From: Syntrophorhabdaceae bacterium
GTDB lineage: Bacteria > Desulfobacterota > Syntrophorhabdia > Syntrophorhabdales > Syntrophorhabdaceae
DNA: 64,000 bases
Reading direction: 5' to 3'
Assembly: GCA_963665295.1 (NCBI GenBank)
Contig: OY762209.1
Coordinates: 96,001-160,000 of the forward strand
The first letter of the stretch is position 1; each line of letters opens with the position of its first letter. Below, in pieces: positions 38,662 to 49,013 of this stretch. The notes under the pieces are model-generated. The model saw nothing but the letters and a program-made list of their open reading frames with translations. It ran no database searches and was not told where the DNA came from. A program made the translations under genes and the position numbers.

Positions 38662-40095
38662 TCAATTCCTGGTTTCCAGGTCTTTTTCCGTCATTTTTTC
38701 CGCTTCCACCACCCAGCCGCCGCCCATGGCCTTGTATATGCTCGTGGCGGCAATGAGGGTGCTCGCCCGCGCCTGCACCGCGCTCAGTTCCGCGGGAAAG
38801 AGCTGGGACTCCGCATAGAGCACTTCCAGATAGGACGTGTAGCCGCCCGTATACTTCAGCCGCGCTAGACGTGCGTAGTCCTTGAATGCGGTTACGCGCC
38901 TCCCCTCCGCCTGGGATTGCTCTTCCAGTTTCACCCGTGATATCAGGGCGTTCTCCACGTCGGCGAAGGCCTTCTGGATCGTCTGCTCGTACGTTTGGAG
39001 CGCGGCCTTCTGGCCCGCCTTTGCCTGTTGCACCTGTCCCGCAATGTTGCCCGCGGTGAAGATCGGCCCTGTGATGGAGCCTCCATAATTCCAGGTATTG
39101 CTCGGCCCGTTGAAGAGGTTCAACATGTCGGCGCTCGATGTGCCGAAGGTCCCGGTCAGGGAGATGGCGGGGAAGTAGAGCGCCTTTGCCGCCCCAATCT
39201 GGGCATTGGCCGCGATCAGGTTCTGCTCGGCCTGAAGGATATCCGGTCGCCTTTCGAGCAGTTCCGACGGCAGGCCCGCGGGGATAGTGGGAGTGGAAAT
39301 CCCGGCAAGGGGTTTGCCCCGGGCTATGGGTCCCGGGTTCCGTCCGAGCAGGATGGAAAGGGCATTCTCCGTGAGCACAATCCGGTTCTCGATCTGGGGA
39401 ATCTGCACCGCAGCCGTTTCATACTGGGAGCGGGCCTGTTCCACGGTTATCAAAGAAACCTGTCCGTATTTGTGCTGCAGGTCGAAAAGCCTTACCGAAT
39501 CGCCGTAGACCTTCAGGGTCCGTTGGGAGATCACGAGTTGTTCGTCCAGGGCGCGAAGCTGGATGTAGGAAGAGGAAACCTCGGCCACAAGGGAAAGGAT
39601 GATCCCGCGCCGGGCCTCCTCGCTCGCGAGCAGATTGGCTCTGGCCGCTTCACTGAGCCGCCTGATGCGTCCCCAAAGGTCGATCTCCCAGCTTGCGCCT
39701 CCCAGTACCTGGAGGCTGCTGAACGGGTTCTGTGACGGCGCGGAGTACGCATCGTTTTGGGAATTGCGTTGGCGCACGGCGTTGCCCGTATAACCTACCT
39801 GGGGAAAAAGGGCCGACCGGGTCGTCATGAGGATGCCCGCGGCCGCTTCGATGTTGGCCGCCGCCACCTTCACGTCCTTGTTGTTGGCAAGGGCCTCGAC
39901 AATAAGCCCGTCGAGGACCGGGTCGTCGAATTGCGTCCACCATCTCGTGTTGGCGGTTTCAGTGGCCTGGCCGCTTTCATAGAGGTAGGCCCCGGGGACA
40001 TCGATCCCGGGACGCTTGTAATCCGGGCCCACGGCGCAGCCCGTGATACAAAGGACTATCATGCAAAGGATCGCCGTCCGGCTCATCTCATCCAC
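38662..40095 (-). CDS. outer membrane efflux lipoprotein (NodT/OprM/TolC family)
   Basis: ITGCAVGPDY lipobox, WEIDLWG, LLERRPDI, YKAMGGGW. Confidence 0.95.
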   Translation of the reverse strand: MDEMSRTAILCMIVLCITGCAVGPDYKRPGIDVPGAYLYESGQATETANTRWWTQFDDPVLDGLIVEALANNKDVKVAAANIEAAAGILMTTRSALFPQVGYTGNAVRQRNSQNDAYSAPSQNPFSSLQVLGGASWEIDLWGRIRRLSEAARANLLASEEARRGIILSLVAEVSSSYIQLRALDEQLVISQRTLKVYGDSVRLFDLQHKYGQVSLITVEQARSQYETAAVQIPQIENRIVLTENALSILLGRNPGPIARGKPLAGISTPTIPAGLPSELLERRPDILQAEQNLIAANAQIGAAKALYFPAISLTGTFGTSSADMLNLFNGPSNTWNYGGSITGPIFTAGNIAGQVQQAKAGQKAALQTYEQTIQKAFADVENALISRVKLEEQSQAEGRRVTAFKDYARLARLKYTGGYTSYLEVLYAESQLFPAELSAVQARASTLIAATSIYKAMGGGWVVEAEKMTEKDLETRN

Positions 40096-43000
40096 CTCCT
40101 TCCGTCACGGGGGGCGCACTATCAGGCTTATCCCCGCCTGCCGGCGGCACACCCTCCGCGGGCGGCGCCTCTTTCTTTTTGGAGGTCCTCTCACTCAGCT
40201 TGTCGAAAAGATAGAAGAAGAGGGGTACATACAGCATAGCAAGGGTAGCCTCGCCGATCATGCCTCCCATAATGCCCGTGCCGATGGAATGGCGGGCGTT
40301 CGCGCCTGCGCCGGTGGCGATCGCCAGAGGCAGCACGCCGAAGATAAACGCCAGGGATGTCATAATGATAGGCCTCAGCCTCTCTTCGCCGGCCCGGATC
40401 GTCGCGTCCATGATCGACAGCCCCTGCTTGCGCAGTTCCACGGCAAAGGTCACCCTGAGGACCGCGTTCTTGGCCCCGAGGCCGATGAGGACGAGGAGGC
40501 CGATCTGGAAATAGACGTCGTTATTGAGACCTCTCATCCAGTTCAAGATCAGGGCGCCGAGGATACCGAAAGGCACCGCCGTCATGACGGACCCGGGAAG
40601 GGTCCAGGATTCGAACTGGGCCGCAAGGACGAGGAAGACGATTATGAGGCCGAATATAAAGGCGCTTGCCGAGGTCCCGCCTGATTTCTTTTCTTCATAG
40701 GCCATGCCCGACCACGCGAAGCTATACCCTGAAGGGAGCACCTCCTTCGCCGTATCCTCCATGGCCCGGATCGCGTCACCCGAACTGTAGCCCGGTGCGG
40801 CCGAGCCGGTGACATAGGCAGCGGGGAACCCGTTGAAATGGGGAACAAGATCGGGTCCCGTGGTATAACTCGTCTTTACCACCGCCGACAGGGGCACCAT
40901 CCCGCCGTTTATGGATTTCGTGTAGAGCTTGGTGATATCGGCGGGGCTCCGGCGATACGGGGCATCCGACTGAAGGATCACGTTCCAGACACGGCTGTAC
41001 TGGTTGAACTGGCTCACCGCAATCGACCCGAATTGAGCCTGGAGCGCACTGTAGACATCCTGCACAGGCACTCCGAGGAGCACGGCCTTCGAGCGGTCCA
41101 CCTCGGCCTTCAACTGCTGGGACGAGGAGCGAAAGGTTGTGCTGACACCCGCAAGTTCCGGTCTTTTGACGGCCTTTGCGAGAAATTGCTGGGTCACCTC
41201 GAAGAGGCGTTGAGGGTCTCCTGATCCCTTGTCCTGCACCCAGAATTCAAAGCCGCCGGTGGTGCCGATCCCGGGGATTGCCGGGGGCGCAATGGGGATC
41301 ATGAACCCTGTGTCAACGGAACGGGCCTCGGCGGTCACCGCCGCGAGCACCGCGTCGGAGTTCTCCCTTCGGGCGCGCTCCTTCGTGGAATAGCGCTCCT
41401 TGAAGTCCTTGAGGGTGACGAAGAAGGTTGACACGTTGGGTTTATATTGACTGTCGAGAAGGCTGTAGCCGTTCACGATCGTCCTCTGGGATACGGCGGG
41501 GTTCTTTGCGAAAAACTCGTCTATGCGGCGGCAGGTCTCCGAAGTCCGCTGAAGGCTCGCCGCGTCGGGCATCATAACCTGGGCCATCAGGTATCCCTGG
41601 TCCTCGTTGGGCACAAAACTGGTCGGGGTCGTGCGGAACAGGTGCAAGAGCGCCAGGATCATGAAAGCAAGGAGGATAAAGGCAACACCCATCCTCTTGA
41701 TCATGAGCACCACTGCGTCCCCGAAACCGAGGGTGAACCGGTCGAACCCGCGGTTAAACCAAGCGAAAAACCGGAAGAACCAGCCGAGGAAACCTTTTTG
41801 CGGCGGTGTGGTGTGCTTGAGCAGGATCCCGCACATGGCGGGAGTAAGGGTAAGGGCCACAAACCCGGAGAGGGCCACAGAGATGACAATGGTGATGGCG
41901 AATTGCTTGTAGAGTTGGCCGGTGGTGCCCGGCAGGAAGGCCGCGGGGATAAAGACCGACGCCATGACGAGCACGACCGCGATAAGAGAGGCGCCGATCT
42001 CCTCCATGGCCCTTATGGTCGCCTCCTTGGGATGAAGGCGGGATTTGACCATATTCCTCTCCACGTTCTCCACCACCACAATGGCGTCGTCCACCACCAT
42101 TCCTATAGCGAGCACAATGCCGAAGAGGGTCAGAAGGTTGATCGAGAACCCGAGGGCGAGCATGCCGCAGAACGTGCCTACCAGGGAAACGATAATCGCC
42201 ACGATGCAGATGACGGTAGAGCGCATGCTCTGGAGAAAGAGATACACCACCAGCACCACGAGCAGAATCGCTTCGAAGAGGGTATGAATCACCTCGTCGA
42301 TGGAAATGCGCACGAAGTCCGTGGTATCGAGGGCGATCACATATTCGATGCCGTCGGGCATGCTCTTCTTCAGTTCCTCCATGGTCTTTCTCACACCCTT
42401 GGAGACGTCGAGACCGTTCGCGCCCGGTTGCTGATAGACGATTATGGGCGCGGCGGGCGCGCCGTTCAGCCTGTTGTCATCGATATACTGCCTCCGACCC
42501 ACCTCGGCCCGGGCCACGTCCCTTACACGGACGATGGCGCTGCCGTCCGGGTTCGCCCGGAGTATGATATTCTCGTATTCGGAGGGTTTCACAAAGGGGG
42601 CCTGGGTCACGACAGGGAAGGTCAGTTGCACCTCCTTGCCGGCCGGCTCCTGCCCGACCTGGCCCGCCCCGAACAGGGCGTTCTGCTTGGCCACGGCGTT
42701 CTGGATGTCCGTAGTGGTGATCCCGAGGGAAGCCATCCGGTCCGGGTTCATCCATATGCGCATTGCCTGGTCCGGCACCCCGAAAATCTGCGCCTGACCC
42801 GCGCCGTTCACCCTCTTGATCGCGTCCAGCACATAAACGTTCGTGTAATTGGTCACATAATCGGGGCTATACCGGCCGTCCTTGTTGAAAACGGAAATAA
42901 TCATAAGGGGGTTGCTCGACTTCTTCTGAACCGAGACGCCGTACTGGGTAACGGCCGCGGGGAGCTGCGGCATGGCGAGGTTGACCCGGTTCTGCACCTG

Positions 43001-43318
43001 CACCTGGGCGTTGTCCGGGTCGGTGTCCAAGGTAAAATATACGGTTATCGCCATCTGGCCCGTGTTGGAACTCGTGGATGTCATGTAGAGCATGTTGTCC
43101 ACACCGTTGATCTGGGCCTCGATGGGCGCGGCCACCGAATCGCCCACGGTTTTCGAGTCTGCGCCGGGATAGGTAGTGGTCACCTGGACCTGAACGGGTG
43201 TAATCTCGGGGTACATTGCCACGGGAAGGGCTTTCATGGCCACAAGGCCGGCAATGACGATGATAAGTGAGATTACCGTGGCAAAGATGGGGCGTTCTAT
43301 GAAGAACCGGGAGAACAT
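40088..43318 (-). CDS. RND (HAE1) efflux permease
   Basis: FFIERPIFA, GMVVDDAIVVVENVER, RLRPIIMTS; 1076 aa. Confidence 0.96.
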   Translation of the reverse strand: MFSRFFIERPIFATVISLIIVIAGLVAMKALPVAMYPEITPVQVQVTTTYPGADSKTVGDSVAAPIEAQINGVDNMLYMTSTSSNTGQMAITVYFTLDTDPDNAQVQVQNRVNLAMPQLPAAVTQYGVSVQKKSSNPLMIISVFNKDGRYSPDYVTNYTNVYVLDAIKRVNGAGQAQIFGVPDQAMRIWMNPDRMASLGITTTDIQNAVAKQNALFGAGQVGQEPAGKEVQLTFPVVTQAPFVKPSEYENIILRANPDGSAIVRVRDVARAEVGRRQYIDDNRLNGAPAAPIIVYQQPGANGLDVSKGVRKTMEELKKSMPDGIEYVIALDTTDFVRISIDEVIHTLFEAILLVVLVVYLFLQSMRSTVICIVAIIVSLVGTFCGMLALGFSINLLTLFGIVLAIGMVVDDAIVVVENVERNMVKSRLHPKEATIRAMEEIGASLIAVVLVMASVFIPAAFLPGTTGQLYKQFAITIVISVALSGFVALTLTPAMCGILLKHTTPPQKGFLGWFFRFFAWFNRGFDRFTLGFGDAVVLMIKRMGVAFILLAFMILALLHLFRTTPTSFVPNEDQGYLMAQVMMPDAASLQRTSETCRRIDEFFAKNPAVSQRTIVNGYSLLDSQYKPNVSTFFVTLKDFKERYSTKERARRENSDAVLAAVTAEARSVDTGFMIPIAPPAIPGIGTTGGFEFWVQDKGSGDPQRLFEVTQQFLAKAVKRPELAGVSTTFRSSSQQLKAEVDRSKAVLLGVPVQDVYSALQAQFGSIAVSQFNQYSRVWNVILQSDAPYRRSPADITKLYTKSINGGMVPLSAVVKTSYTTGPDLVPHFNGFPAAYVTGSAAPGYSSGDAIRAMEDTAKEVLPSGYSFAWSGMAYEEKKSGGTSASAFIFGLIIVFLVLAAQFESWTLPGSVMTAVPFGILGALILNWMRGLNNDVYFQIGLLVLIGLGAKNAVLRVTFAVELRKQGLSIMDATIRAGEERLRPIIMTSLAFIFGVLPLAIATGAGANARHSIGTGIMGGMIGEATLAMLYVPLFFYLFDKLSERTSKKKEAPPAEGVPPAGGDKPDSAPPVTEGGG

Positions 43319-43321
43319 GGC

Positions 43322-44626
43322 TCAGTTCCTCCCCCGCTTTTCGCTTTTCGGGGAATCAGGTTTTGCCGCTTCCTTCTTTGCCGGGGCGGGGGCAGACGCC
43401 GGTTCCGCGGAGGGAACATAGGCTTTGGCCGCCACAGGTTCATCGGGTGTAAGGGTGAGGGCGCCGTCAACAACGACCCGGTCTCCCGCCCGAAGCCCTT
43501 CGCTGATAAAGATGTCGTTTCCGATCCAGTCACCCACTACCACCGGTCGTGGCCCGGCTTTGTTTTCCTTGTTCACCACCCAAATAAAATGGCCTTTGGC
43601 CCCCTGCTGCACCGTTCTTTGCGGCACGACAACCGCCTTGGGGCGTATTGCGCCGAGAACACGGGCGCGGACGAACTGGCCCGGCCGGAGCACGGCTCCA
43701 GGATTCGGGATGGTGCTGCGGAGAAGGAATGTGCCTGTCTGCGAGTTATAGTCGGCGTCCGCAAAGGTGATGCGGCCCCTTTTCGGGAAGAGGGAACCAT
43801 CGGCAAGGGTCAGTTCCACTATATATGCGTCATCTTTGGGCAGACGAAGGAGTCCGCGCTTTTCTTCGTTCCGGATTTTGAGGATGTCGTTCTCCGACAG
43901 GCTGAAGTTGACCCAGATCGGATCGGTCCGGGCCACGTAGGTAAGGAGACTGTTCATCTGGTTGACGTATGAGCCGTCCTGAACCCTTGCGTAGCTCGAA
44001 AGCCCGGATATGGGCGCAGTGATCGTGGTGTAACCGAGGTTGAGCCTCGCCTGTTCAACCTCCGCGCTCGCCGTCTCCACCGCTGCCGCGGATGTCTGCT
44101 CCTGACCCATGGCGTCATCGAGGTCCTTTTGTGAGAGGGCGTCCTGTTCGGCAAGGGGCTTTACCCGTGCAAGGTTGGCCCTCGCGGTGACAAGCCGTGC
44201 CCGCTGCTGGGCAAGCGCGCCCAGGGCGGCGTCCAGTTGCGCCTGAAAGGGTTTGGGGTCCATCTTGAACATGACCGTTCCGGCCTTGACCGGCTCTCCT
44301 TCCGTGTATGCCCGTTTATCGAGAAATCCGTTCACCCGCGCCCGGATCTCCACCTGATGGGAGCTCTGGGTCTGCGCGACGTATTCCAGGACCACGGGCG
44401 TGTCTCTCGTCTCGACTGTCAGTACCGTTACGGGAACGGGCGGGCGCGCCCCTGATTTGACCTCCTTCTTGCACCCGGGAGTGCATACAAGTACCGCCAA
44501 GATGGCGATGAGTCCTGTAATCAGGGTCAGGCCGGGGCGGCGGCGGTATAAGGCGGAGCTTACGTGACTCATTTCATTTCCTCCCTTTCTCTTTTTGTTC
44601 ATATCGGTCTCCTCCCCCTTATTCAC
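43322..44626 (-). CDS. RND membrane fusion protein
   Basis: VEIRARVNG, LGYTTITAPISG, LRPGQF; exact start uncertain. Confidence 0.93.
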   Translation of the reverse strand: MNKGEETDMNKKRKGGNEMSHVSSALYRRRPGLTLITGLIAILAVLVCTPGCKKEVKSGARPPVPVTVLTVETRDTPVVLEYVAQTQSSHQVEIRARVNGFLDKRAYTEGEPVKAGTVMFKMDPKPFQAQLDAALGALAQQRARLVTARANLARVKPLAEQDALSQKDLDDAMGQEQTSAAAVETASAEVEQARLNLGYTTITAPISGLSSYARVQDGSYVNQMNSLLTYVARTDPIWVNFSLSENDILKIRNEEKRGLLRLPKDDAYIVELTLADGSLFPKRGRITFADADYNSQTGTFLLRSTIPNPGAVLRPGQFVRARVLGAIRPKAVVVPQRTVQQGAKGHFIWVVNKENKAGPRPVVVGDWIGNDIFISEGLRAGDRVVVDGALTLTPDEPVAAKAYVPSAEPASAPAPAKKEAAKPDSPKSEKRGRN

Positions 44627-45303
44627 GTCTGCTCTCTCGAAACGAGACTGAGCGATACAAGCCGCGCGATGAGTATCGCGGGATAAAGCTGTCCGATGAA
44701 TGCCTCAATCATAACAAAGGAACGGGCCACGGACGCGACAGGGGTGACATCCCCGAAACCGACCGTGGTGAGGGTCACCACGCTGAAGTAGTTGAAGGCC
44801 TCCGCATATTCAGGGCTCGGCCGGGCAAGGGCCGGGGATATGCTGAAGGCCCCCGGTATGCAATAATCGATGAGCATATACACCCTGGCAAAGAGAACGC
44901 CGAGGAGGAGATATGCTGCGATGGCGCCCCTTATGCGGTGCGCCGTGACCGGCCCCTTGTGATAGACCATTACGAGGGCAACCATGAGAATCCCCAGTAA
45001 CGCGAGGGTAGACAGGACGAAATCCAGGCCCCTGAAATGAGGCAGGTCCACAAATGCCGAGACCAGCCGCACGATTGCGGAGAGAAGGATCAACGCTGCG
45101 AAGAACACGGTGATTGACCGCCTTAAGGCCATAATGCGAAGCCCGGAGAGAAGAAAGAGACAAAAGAGGACATCCCCGACCAGACCGACGACCAAACCGC
45201 CGCCCGTCACCGGTATCAATACGAAAAGCCGGATAACGAGGACCGCAAGAAGGGCGGTTAAGCTGTGTTCCTGGGTCCAGAAGCCGAAGAATCGTTTAAG
45301 CAT
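44623..45303 (-). CDS. potassium channel family (Ion_trans_2) membrane protein
   Basis: YFSVVTLTTVGFGDVTP selectivity filter; EAFIGQLY. Confidence 0.85.
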   Translation of the reverse strand: MLKRFFGFWTQEHSLTALLAVLVIRLFVLIPVTGGGLVVGLVGDVLFCLFLLSGLRIMALRRSITVFFAALILLSAIVRLVSAFVDLPHFRGLDFVLSTLALLGILMVALVMVYHKGPVTAHRIRGAIAAYLLLGVLFARVYMLIDYCIPGAFSISPALARPSPEYAEAFNYFSVVTLTTVGFGDVTPVASVARSFVMIEAFIGQLYPAILIARLVSLSLVSREQT

Positions 45304-45655
45304 AGGAAATCCGGGCCACCCTCCGTGGATATTAAGATCCTGTGTGTCACGAAACAATGCAGACGGCGTCGAACACGTCCGCCTCGGCCGGTCCTGACCC
45401 GTTCGGGTCACCCGCGCTCTTCCCTATAGACAAAACTTGCCATCAAGCATACTATAAGCATGACCGGAGTTCAATAACTACGGGTGCCTTGTTCGCAAAT
45501 TTGCCTCATGCCCCTCGTCTTGACTGCCCCGCAATCATGCTTATACTTAGATTTGCCATGAAGGTGATTCGAACCATTCCCCCTATCGATGCAAATCCAC
45601 CGGCAAGGGCAAACGGCTATCCCGGAGGATACGGCAGTGCTGCGTCCCGGGACAG

Positions 45656-45685
45656 TTTACAACCCCTCACGGTTTCCTGTATAAT
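45656..45685 (+). promoter_or_regulatory. sigma70-type promoter
   Basis: TTTACA-N18-TATAAT upstream of RBS TAAGGAGG. Confidence 0.55.
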
Positions 45686-45718
45686 CGGAGTCTACACGTC
45701 CAACTAAGGAGGTTTCCT

Positions 45719-46993
45719 ATGGAACCTGCGCTTCGGGCCGCCCTGAGGTATCGATGGGTGATCTTCACGGTCCTCGCTCTGCAATATCTCTTCGTCTATT
45801 TCCACCGTGTGTGTCCTGCCGTGGTGGCCCAGGACCTGGTGGAAACATTCTCCATCAGCGCCACGTCCCTGGGGATTCTCGCTTCGGGCTACTTCTACCC
45901 TTATGCGCTCATGCAGGTCCCGGTCGGGCTTCTCGCCGATTCCTGGGGCTCTCGCAGGACCATCACCTTTTTTTCACTCCTCGCCGCGGCGGGCGCCATC
46001 ATGTTCGGCCTGTCCCCCGGCTTCGGATTCGCCACCGCGTCCCGCATCGTGGTGGGCCTCGGCCTCTCGGGTATCTTTGTGCCCGCCATGAAAACCTTCG
46101 CCGTATGGTTCAGACCGCAGGAATATGCCAAAATATCAGGGGCCCTCATGGCTGTGGGAGGCATCGGCTGGCTTTCCGCCTCAACACCCCTGGCACTTGT
46201 GGCCAAGAACTTCGGCTGGCGTACCGGCTTTATCGCCATAGGCGTCATCACCGTGGTATTTTCAGTCCTGACCCGGTTTTTCGTGGTCGATTCGCCGAAG
46301 GAAAAGGGCTATCCCGACATCAATCCGTCCCTTCAGCAGGGAGGCGGCCAAACGCGAACGGGGCTTTCGGGGAACATAAGGATGGTCTTTTCCACTCCGT
46401 CCTTCTGGCCTCTGGCCCTCTGGTGTTTTTGCAACGGGTCCATCCTTTTCAGCTTCAACGGCTTGTGGGCAGGACCTTATCTGAGGGACATTTACGGGCT
46501 TTCGAAGCCCGCCATCGGGAACCTCCTTTCCATGGTAGCCATCGGAATGGTGATAGGGAGCCCCGCGCTCGGATACCTGTCCGACAATATCCTGAAAAGC
46601 AGAAAGAAGGTCATGTTCGGATGCTCCCTTGTAACCGCCGTCGAATGGGCATTCTTTTACGCCTTTTATCAGTCCCTGTCCCTCACGGTCCTCACCATCT
46701 TCTTTCTTCTCATAGGCGTATGTATCGGCGCAGCGGTCATCATCGTGTTTACCGCCACAAAGGAACTCTTTCCCGTGGGCATGGCGGGCACCTCCGTGGC
46801 CTGCGTGAACCTCTTCGGGTTTCTGGGAGGGGTCATTTACCAACCGCTGATAGGACATTTTATGGACACGGCAGGCAAGGTGGACGGCCGGTACCTCCCC
46901 CAGGGATATAAGACGGCCTTCCTGCTCCTTTTTGCCACGAGCGTCGTATATGCCCTGAGCGCCCTCCTCGCGAAAGAAAAACCCCGGAACTGA
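45719..46993 (+). CDS. MFS transporter
   Basis: YFHR, YALMQVPVGLLADSWGSRR; about 12 TM segments. Confidence 0.9.
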   Translation: MEPALRAALRYRWVIFTVLALQYLFVYFHRVCPAVVAQDLVETFSISATSLGILASGYFYPYALMQVPVGLLADSWGSRRTITFFSLLAAAGAIMFGLSPGFGFATASRIVVGLGLSGIFVPAMKTFAVWFRPQEYAKISGALMAVGGIGWLSASTPLALVAKNFGWRTGFIAIGVITVVFSVLTRFFVVDSPKEKGYPDINPSLQQGGGQTRTGLSGNIRMVFSTPSFWPLALWCFCNGSILFSFNGLWAGPYLRDIYGLSKPAIGNLLSMVAIGMVIGSPALGYLSDNILKSRKKVMFGCSLVTAVEWAFFYAFYQSLSLTVLTIFFLLIGVCIGAAVIIVFTATKELFPVGMAGTSVACVNLFGFLGGVIYQPLIGHFMDTAGKVDGRYLPQGYKTAFLLLFATSVVYALSALLAKEKPRN

Positions 46994-47118
46994 GGGGACC
47001 GGAAGAAGGGCATCCCACGGCGGCCTCCCTTTTGTCCCGACGTTGCGATCGCCTCTTGCCGGTGCGGCACTCATCTTGCATTACTTACGGCATAATGCAA
47101 AGGAGGACTGAAAAGACC

Positions 47119-47286
47119 ATGGCGAGAGAGATGATGAGGATGACAAGGATCGGCGACCCTGAGACAGACGAAGTCATGAGAAAACTGCGTAAAGACGTGG
47201 TAGGTTCCCTGATGGCGGGCGGTTCGGGAGTGAAGGCATCGAAGTGGTTTCAGGAAAGAGAAGCCGCAGTGAAGGCGGAACGATGA
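47119..47286 (+). CDS. small hypothetical protein (55 aa)
   Basis: Strong RBS AAGGAGG upstream; no recognised motif. Confidence 0.4.
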   Translation: MAREMMRMTRIGDPETDEVMRKLRKDVVGSLMAGGSGVKASKWFQEREAAVKAER

Positions 47287-47395
47287 CGGCCATCGTCAAA
47301 ATACTCCTCACCTGTGTCAAAATATACCTCATCTGGGGGAAGACATACCGGGTGAACGGACTCGCAAAGAACAGGTTCGGGGCTCTCTACGACGG

Positions 47396-47605
47396 TCACA
47401 TGGAGGAAATGTCTGTCTGAGCCTTTTCGGCCATACGCCTGCCCATTCTTTCGAAAAGGATCTTTTTCCCCTCATCCGACACGCAAACCTCGTCCTTGAC
47501 ATCTTCCGGGTCTCTTGATGTGGATACTACGTTGGTGAGCGTATCTCTCTTGTTCTTGAGATACGTTCTGATTACGGCGCCTACCTGATGGTCTGTAATA
47601 GTCAT
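47396..47605 (-). CDS. small protein resembling DVU0524/FlgM-associated family
   Basis: MxIxxxQVxxVIRTY N-terminus, DEVCVSDEGKK motif; sigma28-like promoter upstream. Confidence 0.55.
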   Translation of the reverse strand: MTITDHQVGAVIRTYLKNKRDTLTNVVSTSRDPEDVKDEVCVSDEGKKILFERMGRRMAEKAQTDISSM

Positions 47606-47629
47606 CCTGACCTTTTTCTCCTGTCCATG

Positions 47630-47656
47630 TTATCGCACCGTGGTGGTTTTACTTAA
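47630..47656 (-). promoter_or_regulatory. sigma28 (FliA)-like promoter
   Basis: Minus strand TTAA-N15-TGCGATAA versus consensus TAAA-N15-GCCGATAA. Confidence 0.55.
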
Positions 47657-47803
47657 GAGTTTTTTTCGGATTTGTTGCAAAAATTTTTTTCATCCGGGAG
47701 CCTCTCCGAACGTATAGGCTCCCGGTATTTGATTTTATTCCGTTTTATTGCAAGTCGTCATTGCAGGGCCTCTCTATTGCCGTTCCCGGAGGCTCACTTC
47801 CGG

Positions 47804-48217
47804 TCAGTCTCCCGGTTTTACCGTTATCTTTTTCGCCTTGGGCGCTTCGGATTTGGGCATTACAAGGGTAAGGACCCCGTTCTTTACCTTTGCCTCTATC
47901 CGCTCCCTGTCTATCTCCCCGGAAAGAGTGAAGACCCTCTGATAGTCGCCTACGCCATACTCGGAATAGACCAGCTTCATCTTCTCCGGTATCTCGGGCT
48001 CAATCCGCCCATGAATCGTGAGAATGTTCTTTTCCAGCGTGATATCGACGGACTTCTCGTCAACGCCCGCCATATCGGCCACTACGGTAATATTGTCCTT
48101 CTTCTCGATAATGTCCACGTCGGGGTTGTAGAACCTCCCCGCGCGGGTGTGCTCGACCCGATCAGGCAGACCGGCTTCCTGTTTTTGTCCTTCTCTTTTC
48201 CTTTCAGCCATATCCAA
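47804..48217 (-). CDS. Hsp20/alpha-crystallin small heat shock protein
   Basis: PDVDIIE, DMAGV, YQRVFTL, AKVKNGVLTLVMPK. Confidence 0.95.
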   Translation of the reverse strand: MDMAERKREGQKQEAGLPDRVEHTRAGRFYNPDVDIIEKKDNITVVADMAGVDEKSVDITLEKNILTIHGRIEPEIPEKMKLVYSEYGVGDYQRVFTLSGEIDRERIEAKVKNGVLTLVMPKSEAPKAKKITVKPGD

Positions 48218-48228
48218 ACCCCTCCCCT

Positions 48229-48675
48229 CTATGCGGACTTGATTGTTATCTTTTTGGGCTTTTCAGCTTCGGCCCTCGGCAGCGTCACATAAAGTACGCC
48301 GTTTACAAACTTTGCTCTGGCCTTGTCGGCCTCCACGTTGAAGGGCAGTTCAACGATCCGCGAAAACCGCCCATACCAGCGCTCCCTCCGGTGATACGAT
48401 TCGTCCGCCCCGGCCGGTGAGGCATCCCGCGAGCCCCGGAGCGTCAATGTCTTTCCGCTGATGGAAATATCGAGCCCTTCAGCGTCTATTCCCGGAATCT
48501 CCGACATGGCCACCACTGTCTCCCCGTCCGCCCATAGGTTCACCGCGGGAAACTCGGCGACCGACGGCGACGTGAACCTGGACAGGACGCGATTCATTTC
48601 GTTTTCCATGCGCTCGAAATCAGCCCATGGGTCGCGCCCGCTCCCGAAAGTTTTAAATCCCTCTGACCACAACAT
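48229..48675 (-). CDS. Hsp20/alpha-crystallin small heat shock protein
   Basis: FPAVNL, EIPG, YHRRER.YGRFSR, NGVLYVTLPR. Confidence 0.95.
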   Translation of the reverse strand: MLWSEGFKTFGSGRDPWADFERMENEMNRVLSRFTSPSVAEFPAVNLWADGETVVAMSEIPGIDAEGLDISISGKTLTLRGSRDASPAGADESYHRRERWYGRFSRIVELPFNVEADKARAKFVNGVLYVTLPRAEAEKPKKITIKSA

Positions 48676-49013
48676 GGCACATCCTCCTTCGATGTTTAAT
48701 ATTTAGACCACAATTAAGCATTAAGGTGCTTCGGTGATCCCATCAAGAATCAATATTTGCACTGATCTACAGTTTGTCAAGAGGGAGGACGGCTTGTGTC
48801 TCATGTGAGTGTTTTTGCAACTCTCTTACGGAGAGCGGTCGTTGATTTTCCCGGAAAAGTGCTTATATTAGGTAATAGGACATCAAACTAAGGTTTCCAG
48901 GCGACGGATCTTTAGGGGGGCTCAATTAGATTATCGCACGAAGAGCAACACCCTTTCGGAGGGGCGGTCTGCTGCCGGGACCGGGACCGGGGAACCAACA
49001 ACAGAGGTGACGG

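Noticed and set aside
45590..45655. GGGCAAAC resembling a c-di-GMP-I riboswitch start
   Set aside because: No GAAA tetraloop or GACGCAAAG partner, and it lies upstream of the predicted promoter
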